Notes: generated by a model not told the origin, from the sequence alone. A stretch of 64,000 nucleotides of DNA from Sporopachydermia quercuum (GCA_001599295.1 BCGN01000005.1:248001-312000); one strand, 5' to 3'; shown: positions 12,644 through 25,871, counted from the first letter of the stretch. A program made the numbers and translations.

Positions 12644-15360
12644 TTATTTCAACTGCTTTAGTATACGGAATAATGGAGACCGATAGCCATGCTGCAGTTT
12701 TAACGCAATTGAAATTGAGCTCATTCTCATTTTAGATGGCAATGTCGGCCTCATTTTCATTCTGTGTGGAGATGTGGTTGATATGGCTTTTGTTGAGATA
12801 TATCTTGCATTAGTCGGTATTTTCCTATTCAACGGTGACCACGATTTAGTATCCCTTGCCGAGTTCATTGGTGGATGATCAATGTCATGGGTCATGTTAT
12901 CTTTATACAACAATTCTTTTAGATATCGATATTGGTTTTCATCTAGAGCCGGTTTTTCATGGGCTAAATGACTCGCCATGGGTCCTGTTAGATATTCCGA
13001 TACCACATCTTTGAACTCATAATCACCAGTTGGAACATAGTAATGAAGGAAACCTAAGATACTACTGTTAGTTTTTTTTAATTTTTTTAATTTTTTAATT
13101 TTTTTGATTATCAAAAGCTGTGCTGACTATNTCGAAGTGCCATTGAATGCAATGCAAGTGAGCTTCCGTTATTTAACTTACCCTTTGCTCTACTACTGCC
13201 ATACGCTAGTATTCTGACGTCTTCGCTTGGATCAAGGAAACTGGAATTGACTAGCGGATAGTTGTTTTCTGTTATGTTAACTAAAAAAACGGCCCCGAAT
13301 TCCATACCTTAAATGGTTAGTGTTCATTCAGTGATGTGTCTTAGAAACATTGCTGTTCTTCCACTGAATCAACTTCAGGTTTATAGAAACAATGTTGAAG
13401 AAAATAATGCAAACATACCATGCACACCATGAATTGTTGATACAACAATTCTCTAAATTAAACAGTTAGTAAATACCGTTAGTAAATACACATATGTCGT
13501 GAAAAACTGTAAATGAAATAACAAAGCAGCAGTACGTACTTCAGGATCTAGTTCAATTTCATCATTGCTAAGATAATCAAGAAAATCATTCAAAACATTA
13601 CTATCAGGATCAATTCCCAATTGCTTCTTGTATTCCTGTCGTTCAAAATACATCCGAGCTTTCCCATACATATTCATAGCTTTTCTTCTCCGAATAACTT
13701 CGACGTCATATACAGTTTCATCCATATCAACTTCTATTGTCTTTGAAACTTTATCAAGTATCTGTAGAAGAATTTGATAGCGTTCTTGTCCTGCTTCTGC
13801 ATACCGAATACAATCATTAACTGTGTCGATTAACGTCTTCACACCATTTTTGGTTGTCTGAGGAATGTTACTAATATCTTGAATGACGTCCCATAGATTC
13901 GTCTCACTGTTAGTTAAATTTCTCAGCTTTATTATGGTTGGCATTCTAAAATATTTCAAATCTAATAGTAATCTTGTTAGATGCAAATCATCAGCTTGAT
14001 CGTTTATAACTTTTAGATAGTATAGCATTCTGGTATCGAATAAATTGTCAGCATTTGAATACAATGGATTTACTCTGATCCTCCATGTTCTGAGCTGTTC
14101 ATGAATTTGAAGACATTCCTGTTTAGTTCGAGCTAAAATTGCCATATCTCCTATAGGTATCATCCTTCCAGTGTTTGTTTCTAACCTCCTAGCTTCTTCC
14201 ATTATCATCTCTAGCTGAGAGGATCTATCTGCAGGAGCCGAAATTAAAGGAGTAGGAATGTCAGAAGGTATTGAAGACTTGCTATTACTCTGTTGATAGA
14301 ACTGTCTTTCAGTGGGATGATAAGTGTGCACTATTCTAAATAGTTCTTCAGTCGTTGCCACGATTTTACTGCTGGATCTGAAATTACAATCTAGCTCAAA
14401 TATTGACGATTTATTGTTGGGTATATTAGCAAATCCAGTCAGCCAATCCCTATTTGCTCCATTCCATTCGAATATTCTCTGCGAGAAGTTCCCTGCAACT
14501 GTAACTTTGCTGTATGCTCTGTTAAATGGATCTTCAATGTATGCATTTCTTGTACTTGGCGAGCTGTTTGAGAGAAGAAACCGTAATAGAAATTCATATT
14601 GGGAATCAGAGGCATCCTGTAGATCATCAACAAAGACCATTTCATATTTCCCTGTATTATTTGAGCTTTGAGACACGAGTTTTATTACTTCCTTTAGCAC
14701 CTGGCTGTAATCCAAACAATTGTAGTATTCACAGATCTTTTCATACATTCTGGTATAAAACTCACCAGGTGCAGAAGCTAAGTTTCCTCTAGCATCAACT
14801 TCATGAATTAAATGCTGATGTTTATTTGTCTTTTCTAAAGCTCTCACTAATAAGTCCCGTAAAAAGCTGATATCTTCTGTTTCAATGAATTTTGGCTTAC
14901 TGTTACTATTGGTACTAGTATTAGTATCAGACGACATGTAAGCTTCATTAATAATACTTTTTGCTAGAGTATAGTAAGTATGGGTTATAATTTGCTCAGC
15001 AATTATTGGTCCCCCTAGTTGTTTTAAATACTTTTTCATTTGACATATGCTACCTCTGGAAATTGATATATATAGTATAGTCGATGGATCAACACCTTGA
15101 TTTACACTGTGAACTATCCTCATTGCCATGGTATATGTCTTACCTGTACCACTATGGCCATAAATTAGTACTGCATCGTCAATAGAACTTTGAACAATAT
15201 TCAACTGGGTTCTGGTGACATTGACTTCTTTTACTTTAATAGAATTCGGATTAGTTATAAGTTCACTAACAGTGAAATCTGGGGTTTCATTGAATCTCCT
15301 ACTAGTTGGTTTTGAGGAGCCAGAGTCTTCAACTGAACCATTTGATGGTGTCTTCGTCAT
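12644..15360 (-). CDS. UvrD/Rep-family SF1A DNA helicase, probably mitochondrial Hmi1-like; 4 exons, 796 aa
   Basis: Exons 15360-13540, 13452-13419, 13307-13182 and 13053-12644 (donors GTACGT, GTATGT, GTAAGT; ACTAAC branch sites). Motifs GHSGTGKT, VFVDDLQD, NFRSSSKI, AILART, spliced STIHGVHGMEF and SSRAK. The basic, acid-free C-terminal tail fits the C-terminal mitochondrial signal known for Hmi1. Confidence 0.75.
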
Positions 15361-16322
15361 GCTGATCCCTGTGATAGCTAGACTCTTGGTGTTATGATAG
15401 TAATAAGAAGATGCGTTGGCTATGTGGTTGTTACGTCACAACTCTGTTTGGCTCTCTCGTGGAGCTTGAATTGACTAGGTTGTGTATAAAATGGTTGGGA
15501 TCTTTGGACTACTAGTACATTTTCGACATTTCATCTCAAGATGTCATCAAAACCCACAGAAGACAGGNANGTTGTGGCTACTTTTTGAGTGAGCTTCTTA
15601 GATTATCATTTCTCTAACCTCTAACCTGTTACTATACAGACAAATATATATATCATCCTGATAATGGTTGGGCATAGTATTATTTGGGTGGGCCTAATAG
15701 CTACAATGTAAGAAGGGAAACAGTATGCATTGAGACGTGATGTCTTATGCCCTGATATGGAAGTTGGAATTAAAGTTATGAGAAGTTGAAAGACAGTTTG
15801 AACTTTAGTTTCATTTCCCAACAAAAGAAGATTAGTAAAACTAAAGACAAATGAAGATACTTGCATGAAAAGAAGTATTAAAAAGAGGGAAGAAATATAG
15901 AAAACGATGCATTAATTAGAAAAAAATTTGTGTCTTCTTACTTAGCAGATGTTTTGGTGCTGAATATACAGAAGTAAGTGAACAACTGAAGATCTACAAA
16001 CCTATCAAAATAAGGTGTGAATGGCAAAATTTATGCATACTCACTTAAACTTTATCTACATCAAAAGGGCCCTTAGAATAGAAATACTATATAAGTGCGA
16101 TACTATACGCATTAGTATATGGATACATTAAATTGGATTGGATTTCATAGTAGAAATCTATTGTTAAATTAGTTTTATTCTACTCTATAGTTTCAGTAAA
16201 GCTTGAGGACACATAACTTGTCTACTTCGTCATCATTATCTAAGAATAACTATCATATAACTTCTAGTGTTTCAACATACATGACGCACTAACATCATTA
16301 CATTAACAAACCAACTATCCAT

Positions 16323-18528
16323 TCATTCTCTATTCTGGGGCTTATATGCTTCTGTCAGTAGCTTGAAATGTTTCCTTTCTTCATCTGCTAAAACACCTTC
16401 ACATTCGTCAACATTTCTGAGTAGTTGGGTATAGTTCATCAACAGAAACTTCTCTCGTTTGCTTGATTGAACTGTATGGGTCTTGTCAGTTAAACCAGCA
16501 CTGGCTTTAGTCAGAGCTGATTCATATTCATTCCTTAATCGAAGTAAACTATTAGCCAATGGCTCACTTTGAGGCGATATTTCGATGTCAACACTCAGAT
16601 TGGAAAGCCTGAGTAAAACTGAAAGGAAATGGCCAAACTGAATAGTCAAAGGATGCAATGACGTTCCAATGGCAGTTAGATCATTTGAGAGATTATGTTT
16701 GAGAGGAGAATAGAAAGACGATTTAGAAGCAGCTTTCCTTATGTTTTCACAATGGGCATCCATGATATGTTGAAATTTAGGCCATAGGAGAATCATTTGA
16801 TAATTGAAATAATCCTCCATAGCTGGAACTAATCTGTGTTGCAACTCAAATTGAAACTTCTGACACATTCTTATACAGATGAGAACACCAAAACAATCAT
16901 AGGAGTTATCAAACAGAGTTTTGGTATATAATTGACCCATTTGATAGCTTGCACCAAATATCTCATTGACTATCATATTACATTCTTCTCCTGATTTTAT
17001 TGCAAAGAAGTCATTGCAGAATTGATACTCAGAACAACCGTTATCTAATAAAACTAAATTCAAGTTCCTAAAACCAACTTCCGGCCAATAAGCCATCGTT
17101 GAAATTTCAGCTATTTGGCTCAACATTGCTGAAGGAGTCTTCTCAAATTCTATTCTATTTCCAACCATTAGATATTCCGTTATAGAGACCACGTTTAGTT
17201 CTCTAAACGTGGAATTTCTTTGGGACTGGTTGGAAAATATATTTAATCCAGCTTTAGTACTTTCTGATGTCTCATTGGCTCCTAATAATATATCTTTACC
17301 TACTTTACGTATTTTCAGCTTTTCTAATGATGCAAGATACTTTCTGAACCCTGATAGATAGTACCATCTCATAGTATGGACATAAGCTTGTCGTAGGTCT
17401 TGCGAGAGTCTCAAATGATGTTTTTGCAAGAATCTGAAGATATCTTTGAGCTCTAGCATTTGTTTCTGGATGTGTTGAGCATTTGTTCCTGGAATCCTCA
17501 AGTGTTTAATTTGGTTAGCAATGTGATTGCGTATACATTCAATAGCTCTAGCTATTAGAAGATTCAAGAAAGAAAGCGTAGATGAGATAAGAGCAAACTG
17601 AATTGGTTGAGATCCAGAATTTGATGGGTTTTCGTTTTCTTTTTCGTTTTCGATAGTAGATGTTGTAGCCCTATTTTGAGATTCCAGCACATCATTGCCA
17701 TTGCCATTGATTTTTTTGCTATTCCTCTTTAATTCAATTTTCTTCTTCCATTCTGCTTCAAACTGTTTTATCTCCTCATATTTTTGATCGATTGCATTAT
17801 ACATCTCCATAGTACTGACATTAATATCATCTTGGGTTATCGCAGATATCCACTCAGGAGGTAGTGATACAGTCTTTGCTACTTCTAGCATGTCAGCTTC
17901 TAAGCTTGCTCTTTTTTCAGCTCTTAAAATCAGGGATTTCGACCTTTCTTGTAAGTTCTCCATTTCCAAGGATAAACCTGCGAGTTTAGAGTGAAAATCA
18001 TTGAGATAGTTTGACAAGGGATCTATGGATGANATAGCTTTGGTGATACCTTCGTTTAACTCAGTCAATTGTTTGTAGGTTTCATTGTAAATTGTTTTTA
18101 AAGAAGAGTCAGGTGACTCTGTGAATGAAAGGTCGAGTTTTGTAATATTATAGCGGAGATCTTGTAGGGAGTTATCGGGATCATTGTTGGTTTGTATGAT
18201 AGGTTTTAATGCTTCGATGTTTATTTTTTCACTGTGGTGGTTTGATGCTTTGGTAGTCTAAGGAGATACTGTTAGCTGACAATATTTAATTCCAATCAGC
18301 TCGATATTTGACGGCAACCAAACCAAAAAAGTGGACAGTTCTAGTATTCGATTGATACTAGCAGCGCTGAAATAAATATATACTTACGTTTAGATCCCAT
18401 GATCCTTTGAGAATACTATCTAATAAATCTATTTTGTTAATCTCGGAAGCCGGGGAACCAGCCGGAGGAGCTTTCTCCATGGACTTCATGGACAGCGTCC
18501 TTTTCCTTCCTCTTATCACAGTTGCCAT
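16323..18528 (-). CDS. VPS52: GARP complex subunit Vps52; 2 exons, 691 aa
   Basis: Exons 18528-18388 and 18257-16323; intron GTAAGT..GCTAAC..TAG, in frame. Motifs LSLEMENLQERS, LRQAYVHTMRWYY, LLDNGCSEYQF and LLWPKFQHIMDAHCE. Confidence 0.92.
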
Positions 18529-18878
18529 TGCTGAATTTGAATTGAAGAATTGTTAAGGAAAGACGTTAAAAGTTGATAACATATAAATTATAGAACAAAC
18601 AATAATAATAGATAAGCACCATTATTGAGTTATATGTATGTTGGCAAAAACATGATGGGGTTAACTCGGAGAATATGGGTGAGTAGGCTCAAAAGCGGAA
18701 AAAATAAGTAATTAAATTTCGGAAAGGATCCAAGATAAGATTTGATCAGTGTTTAGTTATAGTTTCCGAGATTCTGATTAGTCTCTCGTGGTTTGAAAAT
18801 TAACATAGCAATACTTTTCTATGATTTACTCGATTTAGTTAATATAATGATAATTATTATTATTGGACATCATCGACT

Positions 18879-20140
18879 TTATACACGGTTAGCATCAGTT
18901 ATCTCACATAATCTTGCGAGACAACCAGCAATTTGAAGTTGGGTAGATACACCTTCCAATACCTTCATATGAGTGAAACCTATCTGTTTTATAAACTCAA
19001 GACGAACTCCTTCACGTAAATTATCCATCGTCTTAGTGACTCTGAAAGCTGTTGTAATAATATCAATTGCACTGTAACCTTTGTCCCATAAAAATGATAA
19101 TTTATCCAAGGCATCATCAATTTTTTGTTCATGGCAAAAATTAACCATTTCTCGAACAACTAATGGATGAGGCGAATCAACAATCTTAAATACATTATCA
19201 CCGTTAACAAGACCGTAACCTGCTACAGTACTTTGTAGGTTATTAATTGCTTGTCTCATATCACCTTCAGCTGTAAAGATCAAAGCACTTAAACCATCTT
19301 CAGNATACTTCACGTCTTCCATTTTGATAATCTCCAATAAACGTTTTAATACTTGTTGATCTGTCAATCTTCCGTATCGTAGAATTGCACATCTGGATTG
19401 TAATGGTTCAATGATTTTATTTGACTGATTACAAGCAAATGCAAATCTTGTAGTGTTTGAATATAATTCCATAATTCTTCTCAAAGCTTGTTGAGCGCCC
19501 GGCGTCATTGAGTCAGCTTCATCTAGTATTATAATTTTTTGTCTTCCTTGTGGCAAAGACACTTTCTTCTGTGCAAAAGATTTGATTCTATTTCTCACAA
19601 CTTCAATTCCTCTGTCATCACTTGCATTCAGTTCTAATACTGCATCTCCATATGCTTTACCTAATAGCTCTCTTGCTAAACAATGAATAGATGTAGTTTT
19701 ACCAATACCAGGTAGACCCTATTGACCCAATCGTTAATATTAACCCTATACAATTCCTGGAAAAACGATCAAAAGATGAAAAAAAGAAGGCTACTCCATT
19801 AATAAGCAAATCCGATTTCAATCATCGAATCATCAAGTCAGACATACAGAAATGATCATATGAGGCATATTACCATCACGAGCTATTAGCTCTAGGCGCT
19901 CAACTGTATCTTCATTGCCAACTATGTCTTTCAGCAGATGTGGCCTATATTTTTCTACCCTATTTGAGTGTTAGTGTCCATCAAAATATAGTAAGCGATG
20001 GTCCGTGGTCGTAACCAATTTGGACCCAGCAGCATATGAAGATGCAGCATCTGATACACCGATTTTGCAAGTTGCGCGTACCATGGTAATTCCAGTTTTC
20101 GGTTTGGGTTTGGTTTCAATGCTCCACTATCCGTTGCCAT
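18879..20140 (-). CDS. RFC4: Replication factor C subunit 4; 3 exons, 336 aa
   Basis: Exons 20140-20082, 19959-19848 and 19718-18879. Spliced product reads [69 protein letters not shown]. Confidence 0.96.
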
Positions 20141-20286
20141 TGTGAGAAGATTACTGTACTACCATAAGTGATTGAGCAGATAGAACAGCTTCAAGGACAA
20201 TCATCAGACGCTTGTCAATTGATTGAAGCTTGTGATCAAGAGAAAAACTCAAAGAACTGATAAGTGTTTCTTCTGTTTAGTATTTG

Positions 20287-20292
20287 ACGCGT
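20287..20292. promoter_or_regulatory. MCB (MluI cell-cycle box) upstream of RFC4
   Basis: ACGCGT about 150 bp upstream of the RFC4 ATG, which fits a G1/S replication gene. A similar ACNCGT lies just upstream of MSH2 (~26378). Confidence 0.55.
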
Positions 20293-20661
20293 AGCAAAAC
20301 CAAAAATATGAGCTATTGTTTCCGATTTACTTTTTCGGAGATGATGTTTTGTATTTTATCCGAGCTGAAAGTATCCGGAAAATTTGACAATTATTTCCGC
20401 TATTTTTTGATCATTGTGGGCTATGTAAGAACGTCTACTCTTTATATGATAAATGTAACAACAGTTTCTATTAGACCACAAAATTTGTTTCTTTCTTGAC
20501 AACATAATTCATTACAGACTTTCTCTGCGATCGCTACTATCGTCTTTTCATCAGTAGACATACGTATCTTATGTTTAGTATATACAGCACCTTATCTTCT
20601 ATNTGGTTGGTTTGTTTCATGACCTCCCACAAAATAAAGAGGAGGCTTGACGGGATAACTT

Positions 20662-21841
20662 CTAATTAGCAGCGTTATTGATGGTCGTTTCCTTTCTATT
20701 TGATTCTTCACTGTCTTTGATTCCTACAGTAGCATCTTCTGTGTCTCCATCTTCTTCTACTTGTTTTCCTTCTGAATTAGTGATAAGCTTCCTTGGAGGT
20801 AGAACAGCCTCAAAAGCTAGCTTCCAGTCTTTAGTACTAAACCATTGCAATAATAGCTCAAATACATGGTTAGTTGTAAGGACCTTTCTACCTGATATCT
20901 TAACATACTGATCAATCGGTAATCTACCAGTCTTGAGACCCGCGGATTCTGCTTTGTTCTTACAAAGATCTTTATATCTACCTTTATCCACAATACCTCC
21001 AATGATATATGTGAAATTTGGTTCAAGTTCCTCAATCATATTATCTGAATCAGATGACAGGTATAATATTCGGCTTCTTTCTTCTTCATCCTCGGGCAGT
21101 TTATCAACAAAGTCGTCCTCAGAGAACGTAAAGTGCTTCCAATATAAATGTTGATTCTTAAGACCAGTTTGGAATCTTTCTAGCAGCTTTTTGTTCAAAG
21201 ATGTTACTTGAAAGTCAACACAGAAAGGTGCTTTTCTATTCTCTGAATAGCTGCGAACTATTTGCGATGATAAAGAAGTTCTTTCCTAGTTTATATAGTT
21301 AGTATTGCTAGCAAGACTCAAATACGGTAGATAGGACAGATTTTCTTAAGTTTTGTTATTCTTCAGCGCTCATGACTTTTCCTAGCTGTTTCCAGACCAT
21401 TGTAGAACATAGCAAAACAGTAAAGNAAACTCAACTGGTACACTTATTCTTTATACATACCTTGTCAGTCATTAGTTCATCAAAAGCACAATCAATAATA
21501 ACCTTAACAGGTATAGGTGTTGGTGGTACCTTTGCTGGCTTCTGAGGCATAATTTCATCAGGGTTTAATCCTTGTTCTATAAGTTTCTTCTTCTCTTCTT
21601 CTAATCTTCTCCTCTTTTCAGCCTTCAGTTTTTTCCTTTTCTCTTTCTTTTCCTTCGACCATTGTGCTTTATTTTCCTCAAATTTCTCTTTCCGCAAAAG
21701 CCTCTTGTAGGCTGACTTTGTCATGCCTTCAGGAATAACCAATTTCTGTCTTGCAAACTTTCCATCATTGTTGGTTGTGCTTTCGTTATCGACAGGTACA
21801 TCCTCAGTTGCTGGTACCTGAATCGATGCGTTCTCACTCAT
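20662..21841 (-). CDS. TRM10: tRNA m1G9 methyltransferase Trm10; 2 exons, 334 aa
   Basis: Exons 21841-21461 and 21285-20662; intron GTATGT..TACTAAC..TAG. Spliced IDCAFDELMTDKERTSLSSQIVRSYSENR, plus YLSSDSD, YIIGGIVDK and RKVLTTNHVFE. Confidence 0.95.
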
Positions 21842-22049
21842 CTTTCTATACTATTAGATATGAAACCACAACCGTTTATTTCCTTACCGTATCCAAGCAG
21901 CCACATTAAGTCGACATACACATTTTCTTCTATCAGCAATTTGAATAATCAGGATAGGTCACTTAAAAATGACGAAAATCAGATCAATCAATAAATTTCA
22001 TAGTTTTCATAATGTAATGGGTCAGTTTTAATATTATGTAATCTGTAAT

Positions 22050-22058
22050 AATTTTTCA
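22050..22058 (-). promoter_or_regulatory. RRPE-like element upstream of TRM10
   Basis: TGAAAAATT on the minus strand ~210 bp upstream of the TRM10 ATG; a second copy is on the plus strand near 22322. Confidence 0.4.
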
Positions 22059-22542
22059 GTTCCGCATCGTAGAACGGAAATAATAACCTGTCCATAAAAG
22101 AGATAATAACCCATGACGTAATCAAAAATAAAACAATTTATTCAATTGACTAATCATTTATTCATTTCCTCCTTATTTCCCCATGCTTCTTTCTGTGTCC
22201 ATCCCATCATCCATCCGGACATCCGGACAAAAATGATCCAGCTGAATCCCGAATAATGCCAGTTTCAGGACACACTAGCTTACTCTCTTACTCTGTGTCC
22301 CGAAGAAGCATCAGAAGATTGTGAAAAATTCATTTGATTCACCGTTCGCATACTCATTCTTCGTTAATAAATTAACATATTTTCACCAGTTTAATGCTAT
22401 AAATAAGTCGTTTGCTGAATTTTTTTGTAGTAGTAATAGAAAAATTCTCGTTTATAGAACGCTTAACGGCTCGAAAGGCGTGGAAAATAGGAAGAATATA
22501 GAAAAAACCAGCATACATATCGCTTCAATCTGGTTATAGGTT

Positions 22543-22591
22543 GATTGATGACTGTAAGAAAAGGATTGATGACTGTAAGAAAAGGATTGAT
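22543..22591. repeat. Perfect 21-bp tandem duplication (2.3 copies)
   Basis: GATTGATGACTGTAAGAAAAG twice, then GATTGAT, in the TRM10/YPQ divergent intergenic region. Confidence 0.95.
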
Positions 22592-22949
22592 TGTATTGAT
22601 AGATCGTTGATTGTTGTAATAGTAGTTCGTATCATTGTTGCTGAAAAGAACTTGAGTGAATAACCGCTAAGGAAAACTCATTAGAAAGAAACGAAAGAAA
22701 CTTTCTCATACTTGGTTATGATCGTCATTTGAGTCCCGGTTGCATTATTATTGGTCACTCGATGAGATAAGATATCTGATTTTTGTTACTATTATACAAA
22801 TTGAGAGAGAAAAAGCTTGTTAATATAACANTAGGGAATAACGAGCAAAGACAGGTTGAAATTTCAGTTTTTTTTCTTTATAATTCATCGTTTGGAAGAG
22901 TTGAGTTTGATTTGAATATCTAAGATTTGTTGTATTATCATANTCTAAT

Positions 22950-24267
22950 ATGACTGCTCCACCACCCCCTCTTGTGATAGACTCTAGAGCTGTCAGTGGG
23001 ATCACAGGGTAAGTATTAATTTTAGCAGGATGTATGCAAATTATCACAATATGAAAATCAAGATGTATCTAAGGTTTATATGTACTAACTTATCCTCTTC
23101 AGTTCCATTTCTTTAGCCTGCTGGATTATTGTGTTCGCTCCACAGCTCTATGAAAATGTATGCAGTGATGTGATTTNTGTGTTGAAGTCGAGTTGATACA
23201 ATTTACATGTTGATAAGAGGGATAGAAATGTTCTGATTTCAAAATTTACGGTTTTAACAAAGTGTTTGGATTTAGTTTCGAAGAGGAAGTGCTGAAGGTC
23301 TTTCACTATCATTTGTTGTGCTTTGGTTAGCTGGTGATGTTTTCAATGTCCTAGGTGGAATCCTGCAGGGAGTTTTATCAACCATGGTATGTATAACAGT
23401 TTGGGAGTTATTAAGAGAACTATCGAACAGGTTGATGGTTCGATCTACGTGGGATTGCAAGTTGAAATGATAACAATCTATGAAATGTACGTACTCATTG
23501 CTCCACGTATACTAATTATTCATATTCTAGATTATATTGGCTCTTTATTATACACTCGCTGATATTGTATTACTATATCAATGCCTTGTTTACGGACTAG
23601 GAGAAAAGGTAGATGCAGTGCATTTGAATCCTGCAACCCCTTTGAACGAAGATATTCTAGAAGAAGTTTTAGAAGGCGATGAAGACGAAGAAGCCTTAAT
23701 TACAGTTCCAATGTCAAAATGGAAAATTTGTAAGTATTGAGTATTTTCAGAAGCTAACAAGCAAACATGTTTAAGTACACTTTTTGCTCAATTCAATCTG
23801 GAAGGTAGACAATGATGACTAACTAGACAGATTTCTATAACACGTTGATGGTAGCATTAGTTGTTCTAGCAGGCGTTTTAGGCTGGGTAGTCTCCAGTGC
23901 ACGCGGCGGTAAAGAACCAGACAACGACGATCCAAACAGTGATTTGGTTCTTGATCCTTTAGCGCAAACTTTTGGCTGGTTATGTGCATTCTTATATCTC
24001 GGCTCAAGAGTACCTCAAATTCTACTCAACTACAGACGTAGGTCATGCGAAGGTATTAGCTTTCTATTCTTTCTTTTTGCCTGCTTGGGAAACCTGACGT
24101 ACGTGGTATCAATTATGTCATGGAGCTTAGATCCATACTATTTGCTGGTTAATTCAAGTTGGCTTGCTGGTAGTATTGGTACCCTTGTATTGGATTTCGT
24201 AATATTTATTCAATTCTGGATCTATAATGAAACTGAGTATGAAGATTATGAGCCAATTGATGATTGA
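22950..24267 (+). CDS. PQ-loop vacuolar cationic amino-acid transporter (Ypq1/Ypq2/Rtc2 family); 5 exons, 286 aa
   Basis: Exons 22950-23008, 23103-23157, 23276-23386, 23531-23729 and 23831-24267, all frame-consistent. Spliced SGITGSISLACWIIVFAPQLYENFRRGSAEGLSLSFVVLWLAGDVFN; second PQ loop YLGSRVPQILLNYRRRSCEGISFLFF. Confidence 0.92.
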
Positions 24268-24480
24268 TAGCTGGAGGATTATTTATGGTGATAACTGATC
24301 TGTTTATTAGTCTACTGTTGTGATGATAATGACTGTATATTGATAAATACCCAGTTTATTTTGTATTAGTTTTCTTGTAAGTTCTTGAACTGAGAACTGT
24401 TAACTAGTAGGAAAATTAGCATATTGTCTACATCTGTAAACTATACGACGATTGCTATTCATAAACACAGAGCACTACTC

Positions 24481-25524
24481 TCAAAATGCCAACCCTGCTT
24501 GGAATTGGTCATTGTATCTTCCACCTTTCACTTCAAAACTATCAAGAATAGTATCAACTTGCTTTAACTCTTCTTCGGTCAATTCTATATCTTCGGCAGC
24601 CAAATTTTCCTCCAGTCTCTCTTTAGTTGTACACCCAGGAATAGGAATGATAGTAGGAAACTTGTATTTATAGCGTGCGCTATCAGCTGGAGTCTTTCCT
24701 GAGAATGAGAGAACCCAAGCAAGAGCAAACTGCGCAGGAGTAACATTTTTTTTCTCAGCTAATACCTTGATCTTATCAACCAATTCCAAGTTTTTACTGA
24801 AATTCTCCGGTTGGAAACGATCAAATAATCTTCTGAAGTCTCCCTCAGGAATATCTTTATGAGATTTCAATTGACCGGTAAGAAAACCTCTACCCAAAGG
24901 TGAATAAGCAATAACTGGGATGTCAAGCTCACCACATACCTCTAAAATACCATTTGTAATAATATCAGAACTCCAAATAGAAAATTCAATTTCTACAGCA
25001 CTGATTTTGGAAACTTTAGCAGCAGTTCTAATTTCCGCAACTGTTGACTCTGAAAGTGAAATACTTTTAAGTAACCCTTGTTCACCGAACGCTTTCAATG
25101 CTTCAATTGATGATTCTAATGGAACTTTCCGATCAACTCTTGCTGGTTCATACATGTCAAGAGTTTTCCCTGAATTTTTTAAATGGTCCACCACATTGTT
25201 AACGGACTTTGAAAGACTTTCAGGAGTTCCATCAGGAGTATGTGTCTCCAAGTTTAAACCTTTAATGGATAAAACAACTTTGTCTCTATTCTCGGGATAT
25301 TTCGAGAAATATCTGTCGAGCAGTTGCAAATTGAGAGTAGGTTCTGGGAAACCATAGAATTCACCACCATTGAAGAAATTGGCTCCCTTAGCGATAGCAG
25401 TGTTCATNAGATCAAATGCTGCATCATCAGGAGTTTGTTGAGGTCTCCAGGTTAGACCCATGAGACCGAAACCGATTTTNCCGATTTCCTTTGTTGACCC
25501 ATCTAAGAATGTGATTTGAGGCAT
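24481..25524 (-). CDS. Aldo-keto reductase, pyridoxal reductase-like (Plr1/YPR127W family)
   Basis: IGFGLMGLTWRP, FFNGGEFYG, VVLSIKG, IAYSPLGRGFLTG and IIPIPG motifs. Confidence 0.88.
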   Translation of the reverse strand: MPQITFLDGSTKEIXKIGFGLMGLTWRPQQTPDDAAFDXMNTAIAKGANFFNGGEFYGFPEPTLNLQLLDRYFSKYPENRDKVVLSIKGLNLETHTPDGTPESLSKSVNNVVDHLKNSGKTLDMYEPARVDRKVPLESSIEALKAFGEQGLLKSISLSESTVAEIRTAAKVSKISAVEIEFSIWSSDIITNGILEVCGELDIPVIAYSPLGRGFLTGQLKSHKDIPEGDFRRLFDRFQPENFSKNLELVDKIKVLAEKKNVTPAQFALAWVLSFSGKTPADSARYKYKFPTIIPIPGCTTKERLEENLAAEDIELTEEELKQVDTILDSFEVKGGRYNDQFQAGLAF

Positions 25525-25840
25525 AGTGAAGTNAATCTTGTTTGTAAAGTTCTTAAGCGTATTAGCTTTAGCTGTTGATATAGCGATATTGATTATAACA
25601 GTTGATTGCTAGTTGTTGTTAGTTGATGTTCCAATCTTGTCATTCAACCGTCTACAATATCTAGGGAAACAGACAGGTACTCTCTATTTATACTTTTTTC
25701 CTCGCCCCCCTAAATTACCTTCTTATAGTAATTGAGCATCTTTGATCTTTGTTCCTGTTAAAACGGATGAAATATTAGTGAACCATGATCAATAAGAAAA
25801 CCCTTCATCGATATGATAATGGGTTCTATGATTATCTCCG

Positions 25841-25871
25841 TGTAATTAATGATTNNNAATCATTAATTACA
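25841..25871. repeat. Perfect 14-bp inverted repeat with a 3-nt ambiguous loop
   Basis: TGTAATTAATGATT-NNN-AATCATTAATTACA in the divergent AKR/MSH2 promoter region. Confidence 0.95.

Noticed and set aside
22543..22591. CRISPR-like or telomere-like array
   Set aside because: Only 2.3 contiguous copies with no spacers; an ordinary tandem duplication in a eukaryotic genome.
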